From an uncultured Phycisphaerales bacterium (GTDB taxonomy: Bacteria; Planctomycetota; Phycisphaerae; Sedimentisphaerales; Anaerobacaceae), in assembly GCA_963718665.1 (NCBI GenBank), contig OY970359.1, forward strand, positions 1,120,001 through 1,184,000: DNA of 64,000 nt. Direction: 5' to 3'. This document shows, piece by piece, positions 9,526-19,357 of the stretch. The notes under the pieces are model-generated. The model was given only the letters and a program-made list of their open reading frames with translations. It searched no databases and was not told the origin of the DNA. A program made the position numbers and the translations under genes. How positions within the stretch are numbered: the stretch's first letter is position 1; each line of letters starts with the position of its first letter.

Positions 9526-9810
9526 TGAGACATTATACCGGTTTTTTATGGTTTGGTGTGCGCCGGAATTCGTAATTTGGACGTGCGAGATATCTGCTAA
9601 GTGATTTGGCCTATCCGATTAAGCAATTCCCCTATTTGTAAACCTGTCACACTTACCGGAAGATTATGCCGTTACCATCTTTATGTTTCCTGGCTAATGA
9701 GTTTTTTGTCAGTAAATCGCGGGACTGTATCGCCAGACGAAGGTGAAATGACAGTAGCACATATTGTCTGAAAGAATGTTTAAGAAGGGATTTTTACTAA
9801 AGGAGAATTT

Positions 9811-10260
9811 ATGATATCAAAAATTATTGTGCCAACAGACGGTTCAAAAACAGCTCAAAAGGCAGCTACTTATGCGATTGGCCTGGCAAAGCAGTTACAT
9901 GCCTCAATAATTATCATGAGTGTTGTTGATAAGCGATTCATGGTAAGTCGAACAGTACTTTTCAAGCCGTCCAGCCGGTATGTGACAGAGTCCATAGAGG
10001 ATTATCAACAGGAGGCCGCTGAAAGACATACAAGAGAAATAAAGAAACTGTGCGGAAAAAAAGGTGTCCGATCAAAGACCGTCATAAAATCAGGACATCC
10101 TGTTGAGGAGATTGTCAAAGAGGCCGAAAAGTCGAAGGCAGGCCTTATTGTTATGGGCTCCCATGGCCAAAGCACTTTAGCGGCCGCGACCCTTGGCAGT
10201 GTTACCTATGGGGTAATCCACAAAGATACGACAGTCCCGGTTCTGGTGGTAAGAAGGTGA
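9811..10260 (+). CDS. Universal stress protein
   Basis: KIIVPTDGS...GHPVEEI...LIVMGSHG...LGSV...VPVLVVR; SD AAGGAG. Confidence 0.92.
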   Translation: MISKIIVPTDGSKTAQKAATYAIGLAKQLHASIIIMSVVDKRFMVSRTVLFKPSSRYVTESIEDYQQEAAERHTREIKKLCGKKGVRSKTVIKSGHPVEEIVKEAEKSKAGLIVMGSHGQSTLAAATLGSVTYGVIHKDTTVPVLVVRR

Positions 10261-10323
10261 TACGTGTTCAATATAGAGAGTGACCTTATTGTAAACAAAG
10301 ATAAATTTTAGATAATAGTCATT

Positions 10324-12813
10324 ATGGGTTCGAATGCAAATAAGCCCGACGTTAAAACCGAGGCGAAGGAAGATCTCAAATCTTTGCCTATGCCGGAATT
10401 GGAGAAAAAACTGGCGTCATCGCCGGAAGGCCTCAGTCAGGCCGAGGCGCAGAAACGGCTGACTCAATATGGGCCTAATGAGATTGAAGAAAAGAAAACC
10501 AATCCATTCCTGAAATTCCTCAGTTATTTTTGGGGTCCCATTCCGTGGATGATAGAAATAGCGGTAATCCTGTCGGGCGTCGTCCGGCACTGGCCTGATT
10601 TTTTCATCATTCTCCTTTTGCTTGTTGCCAATGCCGTGGTCGGATTCTGGGAAGAACACGAGGCGGGCAACGCCATCGCTGCCCTGAAGGCCAAACTGGC
10701 TATCAAGGCCAGGGTGAAACGCGATGGAAAGTGGGTCACCCCGGAGGCGCGTGAATTGGTGCCGGGAGATGTCATTCGCGTACGATTGGGCGATATTGTG
10801 CCGGCGGATGCTCGCTTACTGGAGGGCGACCCGGTAGAGGTTGACCAGTCCGCACTAACAGGCGAATCTTTGCCCGCTACGCGCAAACCCGGCGAAGCCG
10901 TGTTTTCCGGTTCGATCATTCGTCAGGGTGAAATTGGCGCACTGGTCTATGCTACGGGTGCGAATACCTACTTTGGCAAGACAGCACAATTGGTGCAGGA
11001 AGCGCACACCGTAAGCCACTTTCAACGCGCAGTGCTGAAGATTGGCAATTATCTGATTATCCTCGCGGTAGCTCTGGTGGCTGTGATTATTACCGTCGCG
11101 ATATTCCGCGGCGACAAGATACTCACCACGCTGCAATTTGCCCTGGTGCTGACTGTAGCGGCCATTCCCGTAGCAATGCCGACGGTGTTGTCGGTAACGA
11201 TGGCGGTCGGCGCACGCCTGCTCGCTAAGAAAGAGGCGATTGTCAGCCGGCTGGTGGCCATCGAGGAATTGGCCGGCACAGATGTGCTATGTTCTGACAA
11301 GACCGGCACCCTGACCCAGAACAAGTTGACGCTGGGCGATCCGTTCAGCGTGAACAATATTCCTGCCGAGCAGGTCATCCTCAACGCCGCGCTGGCGTCG
11401 CGAGCAGATAATAACGACACCATTGATCTGGCCGTTTTGGGTGGACTGAAAGACAGGGATTCGTTAAAAGCTTATGAGGTGGTCCATTTCCAGCCGTTCG
11501 ATCCTGTGCATAAACGCACCGAGGCCGCTGTCAAAACCAAAGACGGAAAGACGTTCAAAGTAACAAAAGGTGCGCCGCAGGTGATTTTAGAATTGTCAGC
11601 CAATGCCGGGCAGATCAAGCCCACCGTCGAAAAAGCGGTCAACGAATTTGCGGCTCGAGGCTTTCGTTCGTTAGGCGTGGCGCACGCTGAAGGTGAAGGC
11701 CAATGGCAGTTTATTGGTGTGTTGCCCCTGTTCGATCCGCCGCGGGAAGACGCCAAGGCAACCATCGCGACTGCCCGACAAATGGGCGTGAATATAAAAA
11801 TGGTTACGGGCGATGCACTGGCCATCGCCATGGAAACCGCCAAAAAGTTAGACATGGGCACGAATATCCTCGATGCCGCCGGCCTGGGCGACTCGAAAAA
11901 GCAAGAAACTACAGCGGTGGCCGAGTCCATTGAAAAGGCCGACGGCTTCGCCCAGGTGTTCCCCGAACACAAGTTTCATATTGTGGATGTCCTGCAGAAA
12001 CGCGGCCACATCGTCGGCATGACGGGCGACGGGGTGAATGATGCTCCTGCGCTGAAGAAAGCCGACTGCGGCATTGCCGTTTCGGCTGCGACGGACGCGG
12101 CGCGAGCAGCGGCGGCCATTGTGCTGCTGACGCCGGGCCTGTCGGTTATTATTGACGCGATTAAGGAGAGCCGGCGAATTTTCCAGCGGATGAACAGTTA
12201 CGCGATTTACCGTATCGCCGAAACAATCCGCGTACTGTTGTTCATGACGTTGGCAATCCTGGTCTTCAACTTTTATCCATTGACTGCGGTGATGATAGTG
12301 ATGCTGGCGTTGCTCAACGACGGCGCGATTCTGTCCATTGCCTATGACAACGTTCATTACAAGAATCAGCCCGAGGCATGGAACATGCGCATGGTGCTGG
12401 GTATCGCCACGGTACTGGGCGTCATTGGGGTCGTCTCCGCCTTCGGCTTGTTTTATCTCGGCGAGCGTGTCTTTCATCTCGACCGTGCGCACATCCAGAC
12501 GCTGATGTATTTGAAGCTGTCCGTTGCGGGACATCTGACGATTTTCCTGACGCGCACGCGAGGCCCATTCTGGTCCATACGCCCCGCGCGGGTTCTATGG
12601 GCGGCAGTGCTCGGCACGCAAATAATTGCGACGCTGATAGCGGTTTATGGGTTGTTTATGACGCCACTCGGCTGGGGTTGGGCCGGGTTCGTGTGGGGCT
12701 ATGCGTTGCTATGGTTCCTCGTGAATGACCGCGTGAAACTGCTCGCGTATCGGATTTTTGATCCTGTCAAAGCCAAGACGCCGTCCGATTTGACACCGCA
12801 GATCGCCAAATGA
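10324..12813 (+). CDS. Plasma-membrane proton-efflux P-type ATPase (P3A)
   Basis: TGES, AIPVAMPTVLSVTMA, CSDKTGTLT, PFDPV.KRT, KGAPQ, MTGDGVNDAPALK, LLNDG. Confidence 0.93.
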   Translation: MGSNANKPDVKTEAKEDLKSLPMPELEKKLASSPEGLSQAEAQKRLTQYGPNEIEEKKTNPFLKFLSYFWGPIPWMIEIAVILSGVVRHWPDFFIILLLLVANAVVGFWEEHEAGNAIAALKAKLAIKARVKRDGKWVTPEARELVPGDVIRVRLGDIVPADARLLEGDPVEVDQSALTGESLPATRKPGEAVFSGSIIRQGEIGALVYATGANTYFGKTAQLVQEAHTVSHFQRAVLKIGNYLIILAVALVAVIITVAIFRGDKILTTLQFALVLTVAAIPVAMPTVLSVTMAVGARLLAKKEAIVSRLVAIEELAGTDVLCSDKTGTLTQNKLTLGDPFSVNNIPAEQVILNAALASRADNNDTIDLAVLGGLKDRDSLKAYEVVHFQPFDPVHKRTEAAVKTKDGKTFKVTKGAPQVILELSANAGQIKPTVEKAVNEFAARGFRSLGVAHAEGEGQWQFIGVLPLFDPPREDAKATIATARQMGVNIKMVTGDALAIAMETAKKLDMGTNILDAAGLGDSKKQETTAVAESIEKADGFAQVFPEHKFHIVDVLQKRGHIVGMTGDGVNDAPALKKADCGIAVSAATDAARAAAAIVLLTPGLSVIIDAIKESRRIFQRMNSYAIYRIAETIRVLLFMTLAILVFNFYPLTAVMIVMLALLNDGAILSIAYDNVHYKNQPEAWNMRMVLGIATVLGVIGVVSAFGLFYLGERVFHLDRAHIQTLMYLKLSVAGHLTIFLTRTRGPFWSIRPARVLWAAVLGTQIIATLIAVYGLFMTPLGWGWAGFVWGYALLWFLVNDRVKLLAYRIFDPVKAKTPSDLTPQIAK

Positions 12814-12932
12814 ACCTATGAACTATACGAGAATGTCAGAACTGGGGCCATGCAGAGCAGGAGATTCAGAAAGATGAACCCCATAAATAAACAGACGCGA
12901 ACAATTTGGCTGGTATTGCCGAAAGGATGAAT

Positions 12933-13802
12933 ATGAAAATCAATTCAAAGGATTTCCGTGTGCGGCCCGGAGAAAAGGTCAAACTCAAAGAGTGGCCGAC
13001 GATTGTAAAACCCTTTTGCAAGTCGAAGAAGCGGTATCAAAAACTCTTGGGAGAACACGTTGAGAAATTAAGCTCGCTGCAACGCCTTCACTACGCGTCC
13101 GACCGCTATGCATTGCTGCTAATTTTTCAGGGGATGGACGCTGCCGGCAAGGACGGTGTTATCCGGCACGTTATGTCCGGGGTCAATCCGCAAGGCTGCC
13201 AGGTTTTCAGTTTCAAACAGCCGAGTACTGAGGAATTGAAGCACGATTTTCTTTGGCGAACGACCTGCCGTCTGCCGGAACGCGGGAGGATAGGCATCTT
13301 CAATCGTTCCTACTATGAGGAGGTGCTTATCGTTCGCGTGCATCCTGAGATTCTCCACAGCCAGGGACTTCCGGATGAGTTGCTCGACGAGAAGACCATT
13401 TGGGATGAACGGTATCGTTCCATTGTTGACTTGGAGAGGCATCTTTATCGTAACGGAACGCGGACCATCAAAGTGTTCCTCCACCTTTCGCAGGACGAAC
13501 AGCGAAAGCGATTCCTCGAGCGCATTGATGAACCGGACAAAAACTGGAAATTCAGCATCTCGGACAGCAACGAGAGGAAATACTGGAAGCGTTACATGAA
13601 GGCCTATGAGGATTGCCTGAACGCGACAAGCACTCATCATGCGCCATGGTATGTCGTTCCCGCCGATGACAAAGAGAATGCCCCGTTGATTGTTTCCCAA
13701 ATTGTCCTTGATGCGCTCGATAAGCTTAAGATGGCATATCCCAAAACCACCGCAAAACGTCGACGAGAATTGAAATCTATCCGCAAACTGCTCGAAAGAT
13801 AA
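12933..13802 (+). CDS. ppk2: Polyphosphate kinase 2 family (class III-like)
   Basis: [33 protein letters not shown]; start chosen after SD AAAGGA. Confidence 0.9.
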   Translation: MKINSKDFRVRPGEKVKLKEWPTIVKPFCKSKKRYQKLLGEHVEKLSSLQRLHYASDRYALLLIFQGMDAAGKDGVIRHVMSGVNPQGCQVFSFKQPSTEELKHDFLWRTTCRLPERGRIGIFNRSYYEEVLIVRVHPEILHSQGLPDELLDEKTIWDERYRSIVDLERHLYRNGTRTIKVFLHLSQDEQRKRFLERIDEPDKNWKFSISDSNERKYWKRYMKAYEDCLNATSTHHAPWYVVPADDKENAPLIVSQIVLDALDKLKMAYPKTTAKRRRELKSIRKLLER

Positions 13803-13996
13803 AACCATGACCATAAAAAACCACAACAACAATATTAAATCGACAGAGTAGGCCTCAAATCTGTGTCAGGGTATGGGGGTAAATTAGCCAAAGGTTTGGA
13901 GGATAAAGAGTTGCGCGGTTTGGCGGTCAGGGCGACAAAAACAAGTTGTAAAGATTTTAGCCGGTGGCGGTTACATTAATTACCAGACCCGAAGGT

Positions 13997-14848
13997 TTAG
14001 CTATAGATGTTGATTAAGCTGACAAAGAAAAGGATAAGCACGGCGAAGCAGGCAATCGGGATAATGTAAATAAACGAGCCCGGAGGCAAGGCAAAAGCAA
14101 TCGCCGCCGCAGCGGCTGTCGCGGCAATACCGATTTTGCTCGATATCGTCGCAATCAGCGACGCGGTGACCCCTACTTCCAGAGATGAGGCGGTAATAGT
14201 AACCGAAGATGCCGCTTTGGCGGAAGTCGTAACTACCCCGAACAGGGCAAGGGCAATGAGGAAGTAGTATTTGCTGAAACCCTGCATCGCTAATTGCCTT
14301 CGCAGCGAGGTCTTGGCGCGGAAAAACATAACCCTCGAACGCAATTCGGAGCAGTTCATCACCGCGGCGATTTGGGCATAATCCATGTTCTCGAAACAGC
14401 GGAGGATGAGAATGTTACGATATTTCAGCTTTAGCCGCTTCATCGCCATAAAGACCGCGTCGGACAATTCTTTTCGCAGAAGCTCAGTCAGGCCGTCGTT
14501 AAAGTCGGCGCTGACGCGGTTATGGATATACCGTTGTTCCTCTTCGGACAGCTCAACGGTTTTCCTGCGTTGAAGGTCCCGGTAGTAATGCTGCACCTTG
14601 CCCATCGCCGTCCTGAAGAGCCACCCCCAGAAATGGTCCACGTGTTCGAGCTGGTTTAGTGATTGAATCATAAAGAGTATTGTCTCCTGCAAGATATCCT
14701 GTGTGATGGTCTGGTCGAGCGTGAGCCGGTAGATATAGGCATAAAGACGCTCACTGGCCAGCTCAACAAGCCGGTTCATACTGTCCTTGTTGCCCAGTTT
14801 GGCCTCGTGAATCAGCGCCGGGCTTATATTTTGCAGCACTGTCGCCAT
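13997..14848 (-). CDS. ECF sigma factor with C-terminal transmembrane extension
   Basis: Sigma2 (DILQET...FWGWLFRTA) and sigma4 (LILRCFENMDYAQIAAVM) followed by 2-3 hydrophobic helices. Confidence 0.85.
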   Translation of the reverse strand: MATVLQNISPALIHEAKLGNKDSMNRLVELASERLYAYIYRLTLDQTITQDILQETILFMIQSLNQLEHVDHFWGWLFRTAMGKVQHYYRDLQRRKTVELSEEEQRYIHNRVSADFNDGLTELLRKELSDAVFMAMKRLKLKYRNILILRCFENMDYAQIAAVMNCSELRSRVMFFRAKTSLRRQLAMQGFSKYYFLIALALFGVVTTSAKAASSVTITASSLEVGVTASLIATISSKIGIAATAAAAAIAFALPPGSFIYIIPIACFAVLILFFVSLINIYS

Positions 14849-14868
14849 ACGTCTATCCTGTATATATT

Positions 14869-14894
14869 GTCCATAAGGAGCGGGGTTTGTTACA
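14869..14894 (-). promoter_or_regulatory. ECF-type promoter of the sigma gene
   Basis: TGTAAC-N16-GGAC, about 20 nt upstream of the start codon. Confidence 0.55.
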
Positions 14895-14941
14895 CATTTT
14901 TTATGATTTTTTCAAAAAACCGAAAAATTCCGCAAAATTCC

Positions 14942-14967
14942 TGTAACGCAAAGGGCAATTCCCGGAC
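14942..14967 (+). promoter_or_regulatory. Divergent copy of the same ECF-type promoter
   Basis: TGTAAC-N16-GGAC with identical spacing. Confidence 0.55.
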
Positions 14968-14974
14968 TTAGTAA

Positions 14975-15190
14975 TATGGAAGATGGCCGAAAAACGCGCC
15001 AGCCGGTTATCTGGGGGGGTGGCGCCACACCCCGGCCCGCTTCCAAATTTGCAGGTTGTTTCGACAACCAGCGAATGAAAAGTGAGAACCCGCTGCGACT
15101 CGACGGTTCCCGTCGAGGTCGGAAGGAAGGGTCGGCGTGACTCGAACGATGCGGTATCGGGTGCAGGCACAGCCGACCCTTCCGTTTTTT
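14975..15190 (+). ncRNA. Candidate structured small RNA (or 54-aa leaderless ORF 14976-15140)
   Basis: Follows the ECF-type promoter; hairpin 15097-15120; 12-bp stem 15125-15136/15172-15183 followed by a U-tract. Confidence 0.35.
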
Positions 15191-15310
15191 AATACCCCCC
15201 CCCAAAAAAATCACTGCCGGATAACCCCGTTCTTTAGTGGTTGCGTTTTTTGTCGCGGTTACTATAATTATCGCCATTTAGAATTGTGCGCATTTTAGGA
15301 GACGGAAAAT

Positions 15311-17044
15311 ATGCACGGTATTCAATTGGGTCACATCGATTATGCTCTTCTGTTTATCTATTTTGCCTTTGTGCTGGGAATCGGCTTCGCGTTGAGGCGA
15401 TACACCAAAACCAGCACGGATTTCTTCCTCTCAGGCAGGTCGATACCGGCGTGGATTACGGGGCTTGCCTTCATATCCGCCAACCTCGGGGCACAGGAAG
15501 TTATCGGAATGGGCGCATCCGGCGCAAAATACGGCATTATGACCAGTCATTTTTACTGGGTGGGCGCTATTCCCGCGATGGTTTTCGTGGGCGTCTTTAT
15601 GATGCCTTTCTACTATGGCTCAAAGGCACGTTCAGTGCCTGAATATCTCAAGCTTCGCTTCGATGAAAAGACCCGTGCTTTCAACGCCATGTCATTTGCG
15701 GTTATGACCGTTTTCTCGTCCGGCATCTCGATGCACGTCCTTGCAAAACTTCTTGAGCAAATCCTCGGCTTCAATTATCACATGTGCATCATTGTCTCGG
15801 CAGCGATTGTGCTGATTTACATCTTCCTTGGCGGCCTGACCTCCGCAATCTACAACGAGGTCTTGCAGTTCTTCCTCATTGTCCTCGGTTTTCTGCCCTT
15901 GGTCTTCCTGGGCCTCAAAAGCGTCGGCGGCTGGGACGGGCTTGTCGCCAAGCTTAACGTCGTGGCAACCAGCCCAACCAACCCCGCGGGCAAGGCGTTC
16001 GTACCCGGTGCCTGGACTGAATCCTGGGCGCACATGAATTCCGCAAGCGCAAACCCAATGGGCGTCGAATGGTTCGGAATGGTGATGGGGCTTGGTTTTG
16101 TTCTTTCATTCGGTTACTGGTGCACGGACTTTTTGGTTGTGCAAAGGGCAATGGCGGCCAACTCAATGTCCGCCGCCCGGCGCACGCCCCTGATTGCCGC
16201 CTTCCCAAAAATGCTCTTCCCGGCGCTGGTGATTCTCCCCGGTATGATTGCCATCGCCCTTCATCAAAACGGCGGCTCCTTCCTGCCAAAAGACGCAGCC
16301 GGGAATGTGGATTACAATATGGCCGTGCCTGCAATGCTCGCCAAATTCCTCCCGCCCGGCCTTCTCGGTATCGGCATCACGGCTCTTATGGCGTCGTTTA
16401 TGTCGGGTATGGCGGGCAACGTTACCGCCTTCAATACCGTCTGGACTTATGACCTCTATCAAAGCTACATCAAGCCAGGGCAATCCGACCGGCATTATCT
16501 GCGTATGGGCCACATCATCACGGTCGTCGGCATCCTGTTAAGTATCGCCTGTGCTTATGTCGCAAGCGCCTTCAATAACATTATGGATATGCTCCAGCTT
16601 GTCTTTGGCTTCGTAAACGCGCCGCTGTTTGCGACGTTCCTTCTCGGAATGTTTTGGCGCAGAGCTACGGGCCACGGCGCATTCTTCGGCCTGCTTTCAG
16701 GCACACTCGCCGCCGCCCTTCACCACGGCCTGACCCTGCCCGTTGGCGCGACTATGGGAATCAAGGGCGGCTGGCTCTGTGGCGGTCACGCCCTGCATAC
16801 CTACCCGGTCGATATGGCACAGAACTTCTGGGCGGCCATTTACGCCTGGAGCACCTGCTTTGTCGTTACAATCGTCGTTTCGCTGATAACAGCGAAAAAT
16901 AAAACAGACGACGAATTGCGAGGCCTGGTTTATTCGCTGACCCCGCGCATCAAAGAGCAGGGCATTGTCTGGTATAAACAGCCGGCGGTCCTCGGCGTCA
17001 TTGTGCTGGCAGCGGCAATAGCCCTCAATATTATCTTTTGGTAA
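15311..17044 (+). CDS. Sodium:solute symporter family transporter
   Basis: DFFLSGRS, SVPEYLKLRFD, YWCTDFLVVQRAMAA; about 13 TM helices. Confidence 0.92.
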   Translation: MHGIQLGHIDYALLFIYFAFVLGIGFALRRYTKTSTDFFLSGRSIPAWITGLAFISANLGAQEVIGMGASGAKYGIMTSHFYWVGAIPAMVFVGVFMMPFYYGSKARSVPEYLKLRFDEKTRAFNAMSFAVMTVFSSGISMHVLAKLLEQILGFNYHMCIIVSAAIVLIYIFLGGLTSAIYNEVLQFFLIVLGFLPLVFLGLKSVGGWDGLVAKLNVVATSPTNPAGKAFVPGAWTESWAHMNSASANPMGVEWFGMVMGLGFVLSFGYWCTDFLVVQRAMAANSMSAARRTPLIAAFPKMLFPALVILPGMIAIALHQNGGSFLPKDAAGNVDYNMAVPAMLAKFLPPGLLGIGITALMASFMSGMAGNVTAFNTVWTYDLYQSYIKPGQSDRHYLRMGHIITVVGILLSIACAYVASAFNNIMDMLQLVFGFVNAPLFATFLLGMFWRRATGHGAFFGLLSGTLAAALHHGLTLPVGATMGIKGGWLCGGHALHTYPVDMAQNFWAAIYAWSTCFVVTIVVSLITAKNKTDDELRGLVYSLTPRIKEQGIVWYKQPAVLGVIVLAAAIALNIIFW

Positions 17045-17055
17045 TGGAGAAAATT

Positions 17056-17271
17056 ATGAGCGATGGAATGAAACTTGATGTGCGGCTCCCGATAGGCATA
17101 ATGTTCGTTTTATACGGGGCAATGCTTGCTATTTACGGTTTGTTGTCCGACCCGGCTATTTATGAACGCTCGCTTGGTATCAACATTAACCTTTGGTGGG
17201 GATTAGTGATGTTCGCCTTCGGCGCGTTTATGCTGCTCATGGCGTGGCGTGGAGCCAAAAAGCGCCCGTAA
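17056..17271 (+). CDS. Small 2-TM protein associated with the SSS transporter
   Basis: LDVRLPIG.MF..YG...GININLWWG; SD GGAG. Confidence 0.75.
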   Translation: MSDGMKLDVRLPIGIMFVLYGAMLAIYGLLSDPAIYERSLGININLWWGLVMFAFGAFMLLMAWRGAKKRP

Positions 17272-17306
17272 CGGCTCTCGTTAAGAGAATATAATCAACA
17301 ACAATC

Positions 17307-17341
17307 GGCTGGTTTGCGATTGCAAGCCGGCCATTTTTTTT
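17307..17341 (+). terminator. Intrinsic terminator
   Basis: ggctggtttgc-gatt-gcaagccggcc followed by a T-tract. Confidence 0.75.
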
Positions 17342-17375
17342 ATACCCTCTTGATATTACTTAAGGATTATCGATT

Positions 17376-18524
17376 ATGACCGATGGACAACCAGTTCAAC
17401 AACCTCAACCACCCGCCCCGGCGGCACAGCCAGCCGCATCGGCAACGCCGCCACCTGCCCCGGCAGCATCGCCAGCCGCACCGGCTGCACCCATAGCCGA
17501 GCCGGGCCATAACCTCAAAGGCCCTTTCGAGGCGACTGTATTATTCAATAAAACCCTGCGCAAATGCTTCTGCCGGATGGGGCTTCAATTTACCGGCGCA
17601 GGAGCAGAGGCCTTCGCTAAAACAAGACCGGGCCAGTTTGCTCAGTTCGACCTCTCTAATGTCGCGCTGCCAGCACCCGAGGCAATACCGGATTGCCTCA
17701 AAGACGCCGCGACAAAACAGATTCTTCTTCGCAGGCCCTTCAGCTTCGCCCGCGTCGCCAAAGAGGTGAGTCCGCCGATTCATCCCGGGGCAGGCCCCGC
17801 AAGTCATTCCGCTATGCCCCCTTCGGCTGCGCACCCCTCGACTCACGTCGGGACGGGCAAAATAATCGTCGAGGTCGTTTACTGCGTCCTCGGCCCCGCG
17901 ACACTGCGTATGACCACGCTCGTTAAGAGCAATTCAATCAATATCATAGGGCCATTGGGTAATGGCTTCACGGTTCCGCAAGGCAAAAAACGTGCGCTCT
18001 TGGTCGCGGGCGGAATGGGTTCGCCTCCGCTCGAACACCTGGCGCAGGTCATCACCGCCGAACACCCGACTATGGACGCGATTGCATTTGCGGGTGCAAA
18101 GACAAAAGAGGATTTGCCTTTTGAAAGACCCCTCGACAATCTTTCGCGGGAGATTGGCTTCTGGCTCGGCGAATTCGCCAGGTACAGCATCAGCTCATTC
18201 GTCGCCACCGACGACGGCTCCGCCGGCTTCAAGGGCCTTGTCAGCAATTGTATCATCGACTGGCTTTCGCAGAACAGCATCAGCCTCAATCCTGCTGAAA
18301 CAATCATCTACGCCTGCGGCCCCCGCTCGATGCTTGCAACTATCGCCAAGTTCGCCCGCGATAAAAAAATCGACTGCCAAATCAGTATGGAAGAGATGAT
18401 GGCTTGCGGCATAGGCCTCTGCCAATCCTGCGCCGTCAAATGTAAAGCCGATGGCCCCGGCGAGACATACAAACTCTGCTGCAAAGATGGCCCCGTCTTC
18501 GATGCTAAAGAAATTGTCTTTTGA
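17376..18524 (+). CDS. pyrK: Dihydroorotate dehydrogenase electron-transfer subunit
   Basis: PGQF, LRRPFS, GPLGNGF, VAGGMG.PPL, TDDGS.G, YACGP, MACGIGLCQSC...C.DGPVF. Confidence 0.88.
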   Translation: MTDGQPVQQPQPPAPAAQPAASATPPPAPAASPAAPAAPIAEPGHNLKGPFEATVLFNKTLRKCFCRMGLQFTGAGAEAFAKTRPGQFAQFDLSNVALPAPEAIPDCLKDAATKQILLRRPFSFARVAKEVSPPIHPGAGPASHSAMPPSAAHPSTHVGTGKIIVEVVYCVLGPATLRMTTLVKSNSINIIGPLGNGFTVPQGKKRALLVAGGMGSPPLEHLAQVITAEHPTMDAIAFAGAKTKEDLPFERPLDNLSREIGFWLGEFARYSISSFVATDDGSAGFKGLVSNCIIDWLSQNSISLNPAETIIYACGPRSMLATIAKFARDKKIDCQISMEEMMACGIGLCQSCAVKCKADGPGETYKLCCKDGPVFDAKEIVF

Positions 18525-18534
18525 CATGGACCCG

Positions 18535-18698
18535 TCCTCCGTAGCTTTAGCGAAGGAGGATTAACATGGGATTAACACTATTTCATTAAAATACTTAGCC
18601 CCGTCATCTTCACCAAAGGCGAGTGACGGGGTTATTCTTTTGCCTGCCCTGCGTATCCTCAGTGAAGTAGGGTCATTCCCGCGGAAGCGGGAATCCAG
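18535..18698. repeat. Cluster of REP-like palindromes
   Basis: tcctccgtagctttagcgaaggagga (18535); hairpin 18598-18632; gcctgccctgcgtatcctcagtgaagtaggg (18642); GTCATTCCCGCGGAAGCGGGAATCCAG (18672). Confidence 0.75.
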
Positions 18699-18738
18699 TT
18701 CTTTAATCGTGGACGTGTCTTCCGTTTCCTCGGCGAAG

Positions 18739-19155
18739 TTAAGCACTTGGTGAGACAAAACCGATTTTCTTGGCAAAAGCCAGTTCAATAACTCCGACCT
18801 TTCCCGGTATCCCAGCAAAACCTGCGAGCAATGGCCACAGCAAAGCAATGATAGCGGGTAGAGGATGATGATGAAAGAAAAGGTAAATTGCGCTCCCGAC
18901 TGCGGATGGCCACTTGAGCCAAACAACAATGCAGCAGGCAATCGTTGCAAAAGCAACATTGACGAAAAGATACCTTAGGAGACACCATAGGACTCCGAGA
19001 ATTACCACAACACCCAAAACCAAATACCAAGGGAAGAAAATGAACAGGATAGGTGCCAACGGTTGCGAGACAAAGGCTGGTAATGCTGCCCACTCGATTG
19101 AGCGAAGCCACAACCATCTCTTGATTTCATCATTAGTCCAATTTGTGAAATTCAT
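18739..19155 (-). CDS. Hypothetical multi-pass membrane protein between repeat clusters
   Basis: 138 aa, very hydrophobic; own TTGACA...TATAAA promoter near 19178-19207. Confidence 0.65.
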   Translation of the reverse strand: MNFTNWTNDEIKRWLWLRSIEWAALPAFVSQPLAPILFIFFPWYLVLGVVVILGVLWCLLRYLFVNVAFATIACCIVVWLKWPSAVGSAIYLFFHHHPLPAIIALLWPLLAGFAGIPGKVGVIELAFAKKIGFVSPSA

Positions 19156-19251
19156 ATTCGATGCTTATCCTGCCCACTTTATATCCAATTGCCGTCCTGT
19201 TTGTCAAAAGAAATTGTTGTGAAATCCCTCTTCCTCAACTCAAAACTAAAA

Positions 19252-19352
19252 ACTGTCCACTGTACGCTGCCCGCTACGCGCCGTCTGTGGTCTTTTGTCT
19301 GGCGTCTTGTGTCTTAAACTGTCCGCTGTACGCTACCCGCGGAACGCTGCTC
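19252..19352. repeat. CGCTGTA-type and TGTCTTG-type heptamer repeats
   Basis: actgtccactgtacgctgcccgctac...gtctggcgtcttgtgtcttaaactgtccgctgtacgctacccgcggaacgctg; similar to 52303-52372 and 56451-56492. Confidence 0.7.
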
Positions 19353-19357
19353 TTTAA

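Noticed and set aside
9590..13870. Terminal inverted repeats around the USP/ATPase/ppk2 cluster (gatttggccta vs taggcctcaaatc)
   Set aside because: Short gapped match, no TSD and no transposase; consistent with chance.
15085..15140. SRP (4.5S) RNA, suggested by GAGGTCGGAAGGAAGG
   Set aside because: Lacks the conserved CAGG...GGAA...AGCAG helix-8 pattern; kept only as a generic sRNA candidate.
18535..19352. CRISPR array in the repeat clusters
   Set aside because: No constant 23-47-bp repeats with regular unique spacers, and no cas genes in the window.
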